Virus record (IMG/VR): IMGVR_UViG_3300037461_000269
Span: 1-36,855 of that record
Source of the DNA: a virus
Lineage: Duplodnaviria; Caudoviricetes
Length of the DNA: 36,855 nt
Strand: one strand, 5' to 3'
The position numbers and the translations under genes are program-made. The notes beneath the pieces are model-generated. The model had not been told where the DNA came from. It worked only from the letters and a program-made list of their open reading frames with translations, and did no database searches. Shown one piece after another: positions 35,202 to 36,855 of this stretch. Position 1 is the stretch's first letter. Each line of letters opens with the position of its first letter.

Positions 35202-36091
35202 GCGGCGCGATTGATTATCTAAATCTATTTACAGAATCGTTTTTAAATCACGATCCGACTTCTAATCTCGGGAAAATCTGGAAAATTATTTCAACCCAGA
35301 TTGACGAGGTAACGGTTCAGCTGGATTTAATCCGCGCAATGCTTGACCTGGATACTCAAACGGGAATAACGCTCGACTACATTGGAGCTGGGCTTAATCA
35401 GGCGCGGGCGGGCGGACAGGATGACGATGAATACAGAATTTTTTTGAAAGTCGCTCTTGTTTGCCGATATAGCGGTGGGAACATCGACGATCTTGTGACA
35501 ATCGGGCAGGCAGTCGATGAGGACGATCCGGACAGAATGATTCGGCCTTATGAATTGCCGTATGAACCGGACACTATTTTTCTTGATGGCGATGACGTTC
35601 TTGACGGGGCCGATCCGTTATCTCCGTCAGAGGCGTATCCGGCAAGCGTTGTATCTAAAATCGATCAATGGATGGATGATACAGATGTGCCGACAAACCA
35701 GGCTCTTGTATTTGACAGTTTAAGAGCGGGCGGTATTTTCGGAAAATTTCACATGACTTATAATATCCTGGAATCCGACATGACGGCCTATGCCGGAGAT
35801 CCTGTGTCGGGGACATATATCGCGCTCGGCGATGGAAGGACGGGTGCGCCAGGGCCGGGAGATACCGGACTCGAGAATGAGGTTTACAGGGCGGCATGTT
35901 CGCATGGTACGTCCGGAGTTGATACTCTTTACATAAATATTTCAGAAAAAGATTTAAACGATAAAGAAATAAATGAAATCGCATTGTTTGACGTGAATCT
36001 TGATCTTGCCCTGAAAGCGTCATGGGTGAAAGGAATTTCAAAAAATTCGGCGATGATTGACACATACCAAATTATTTTAGACGAGGAATGA
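35198..36091 (+). CDS. Baseplate wedge (gpI/gp48-like) with tail-collar-like C-terminus
   Basis: GITLDYIG...R...DDDEYRIFLK; IALGDG...LENEVYR...INEIALFD. Confidence 0.78.
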   Translation: MSGAIDYLNLFTESFLNHDPTSNLGKIWKIISTQIDEVTVQLDLIRAMLDLDTQTGITLDYIGAGLNQARAGGQDDDEYRIFLKVALVCRYSGGNIDDLVTIGQAVDEDDPDRMIRPYELPYEPDTIFLDGDDVLDGADPLSPSEAYPASVVSKIDQWMDDTDVPTNQALVFDSLRAGGIFGKFHMTYNILESDMTAYAGDPVSGTYIALGDGRTGAPGPGDTGLENEVYRAACSHGTSGVDTLYINISEKDLNDKEINEIALFDVNLDLALKASWVKGISKNSAMIDTYQIILDEE

Positions 36092-36093
36092 TA

Positions 36094-36855
36094 ATGGGAT
36101 ATAATGAGAGTAAAACAAGAACATGGGATAGGACGACCCCGAATGACGGTCTTTTATTCGAGGCTGAATTTCAGCGGCTTTATGATAATTTTATTGCGAT
36201 TGTTAATAACGGCGGCGCGGCTCCGACGGCTGACATGATGGCACTTTACGCATCGATCCAGGCTATTCTCCCGACTATATACATTCGAGGGTTGATTGTC
36301 GGCGGTCTTTTATACCGTGACTCATCACACTGGCCCTATATCATGCCGGGAACATATGAGGTTTACGACGGTACGCTCGTAAAATTAACATCCGTTCTCG
36401 ACCCATCAAGTGGAGGTCTGATAGGTGACGCATCGGCTCGTGCCTATTATCATTATTATATAATGATGAATAACGCAGGCTCGGCGAAATTACAGCTTGC
36501 TACGGGACATTCAACCGGTAAGAATTACAATGTAAATTCGATAACGGGCGGGAATACAATCAACGTAGACGCGAGCGCGGGCGGTGTCCAGCCTGCGGCG
36601 GGAATGATCGCCGTCCTTGAATCTTTAACGGCCAGCGGAGAAGTTGGTTTTTATCCGATCGCTTCTGTGGTTGGGTCTCCGGTGACTGCAATAACTTTAT
36701 CGGGTTCACTGACCAATCAGGGCGCGGCGGCGGGGACGTGTAAAATATACTATCCGCACTCCACCCTGCATGGGGCGGGAACGGCGGCGCATATTACAAC
36801 GATGTCAGAGATGTTGAAATATACCCCGGCCCCGGACGATGATTTATACGCGACC
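36094..36855 (+). CDS. Tail fibre protein (N-terminal part, runs off window; not in ORF track)
   Basis: GAGG RBS; open frame MGYNESKTRTWDRTTPNDGLLFEAEFQRLYDN... to the window end; Gly/Ser/Thr-rich; follows baseplate genes. Confidence 0.75.
   Translation, partial: MGYNESKTRTWDRTTPNDGLLFEAEFQRLYDNFIAIVNNGGAAPTADMMALYASIQAILPTIYIRGLIVGGLLYRDSSHWPYIMPGTYEVYDGTLVKLTSVLDPSSGGLIGDASARAYYHYYIMMNNAGSAKLQLATGHSTGKNYNVNSITGGNTINVDASAGGVQPAAGMIAVLESLTASGEVGFYPIASVVGSPVTAITLSGSLTNQGAAAGTCKIYYPHSTLHGAGTAAHITTMSEMLKYTPAPDDDLYAT

Larger units (their letters stand above)
1..36855 (+). mobile_element. Myovirus-type phage/prophage genome segment (early genes through start of tail fibre)
   Basis: Co-oriented, tightly overlapping (ATGA) genes in canonical order: terminase, portal, MuF, protease/scaffold, capsid, neck, sheath, tube, tape measure, baseplate, fibre. 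No host housekeeping genes. Confidence 0.97.

Noticed and set aside
816-35905. Other minus-strand ORFs (e.g. 1235-1708, 6943-7362, 12491-13030, 20748-21128, 32625-32969, 35655-36065)
   Set aside because: No recognisable domains or expression signals, and they lie opposite well-supported genes, unlike 19174-19920.
36094-36855. Diversity-generating retroelement or invertible tail-fibre system
   Set aside because: No reverse transcriptase, invertase or template/variable repeat in the window; the fibre gene is truncated so this cannot be assessed.

Overview
The window is a contiguous piece of a tailed, contractile-tail (myovirus-type) phage or prophage genome, with almost all genes on the + strand. 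In order it holds: (1) early recombination/replication genes (pentapeptide-repeat protein, Cas4/RecB-like nuclease, LexA-type HTH, HNH, replication initiator, SNF2-like helicase plus DNA methyltransferase, MazG-like protein, VRR-NUC); (2) a mosaic stretch of small Cys-rich ORFs; (3) an amino-sugar modification cassette (ATP-grasp, formyltransferase, DegT aminotransferase, SGNH lipoprotein); (4) packaging and head genes interrupted by a glycosyl/methyltransferase block; (5) neck, sheath, tube, tape measure and baseplate genes and the start of a tail fibre. No integrase, lysis genes, tRNA or CRISPR array were recognised. The standout is a 281-aa intein (19150-19992) in the MuF-type head morphogenesis gene. 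Its central region has no recognisable endonuclease in the sense frame. Instead, the opposite strand encodes a fully nested 248-aa HTH + NUMOD3-like + DUF559/Vsr-like nuclease. This antisense gene has its own sigma70-like promoter and Shine-Dalgarno embedded in the codons of the intein C-terminal splicing motifs, so it looks like an intein whose homing endonuclease is encoded antisense. Other notable signals are a solitary integron-cassette-like gene, a 1.1-kb gene block bounded by a perfect 38-bp direct repeat, a promoter-driven structured RNA, and a repeated start-associated motif. All protein family calls come from recognising motifs by eye, not from database searches.
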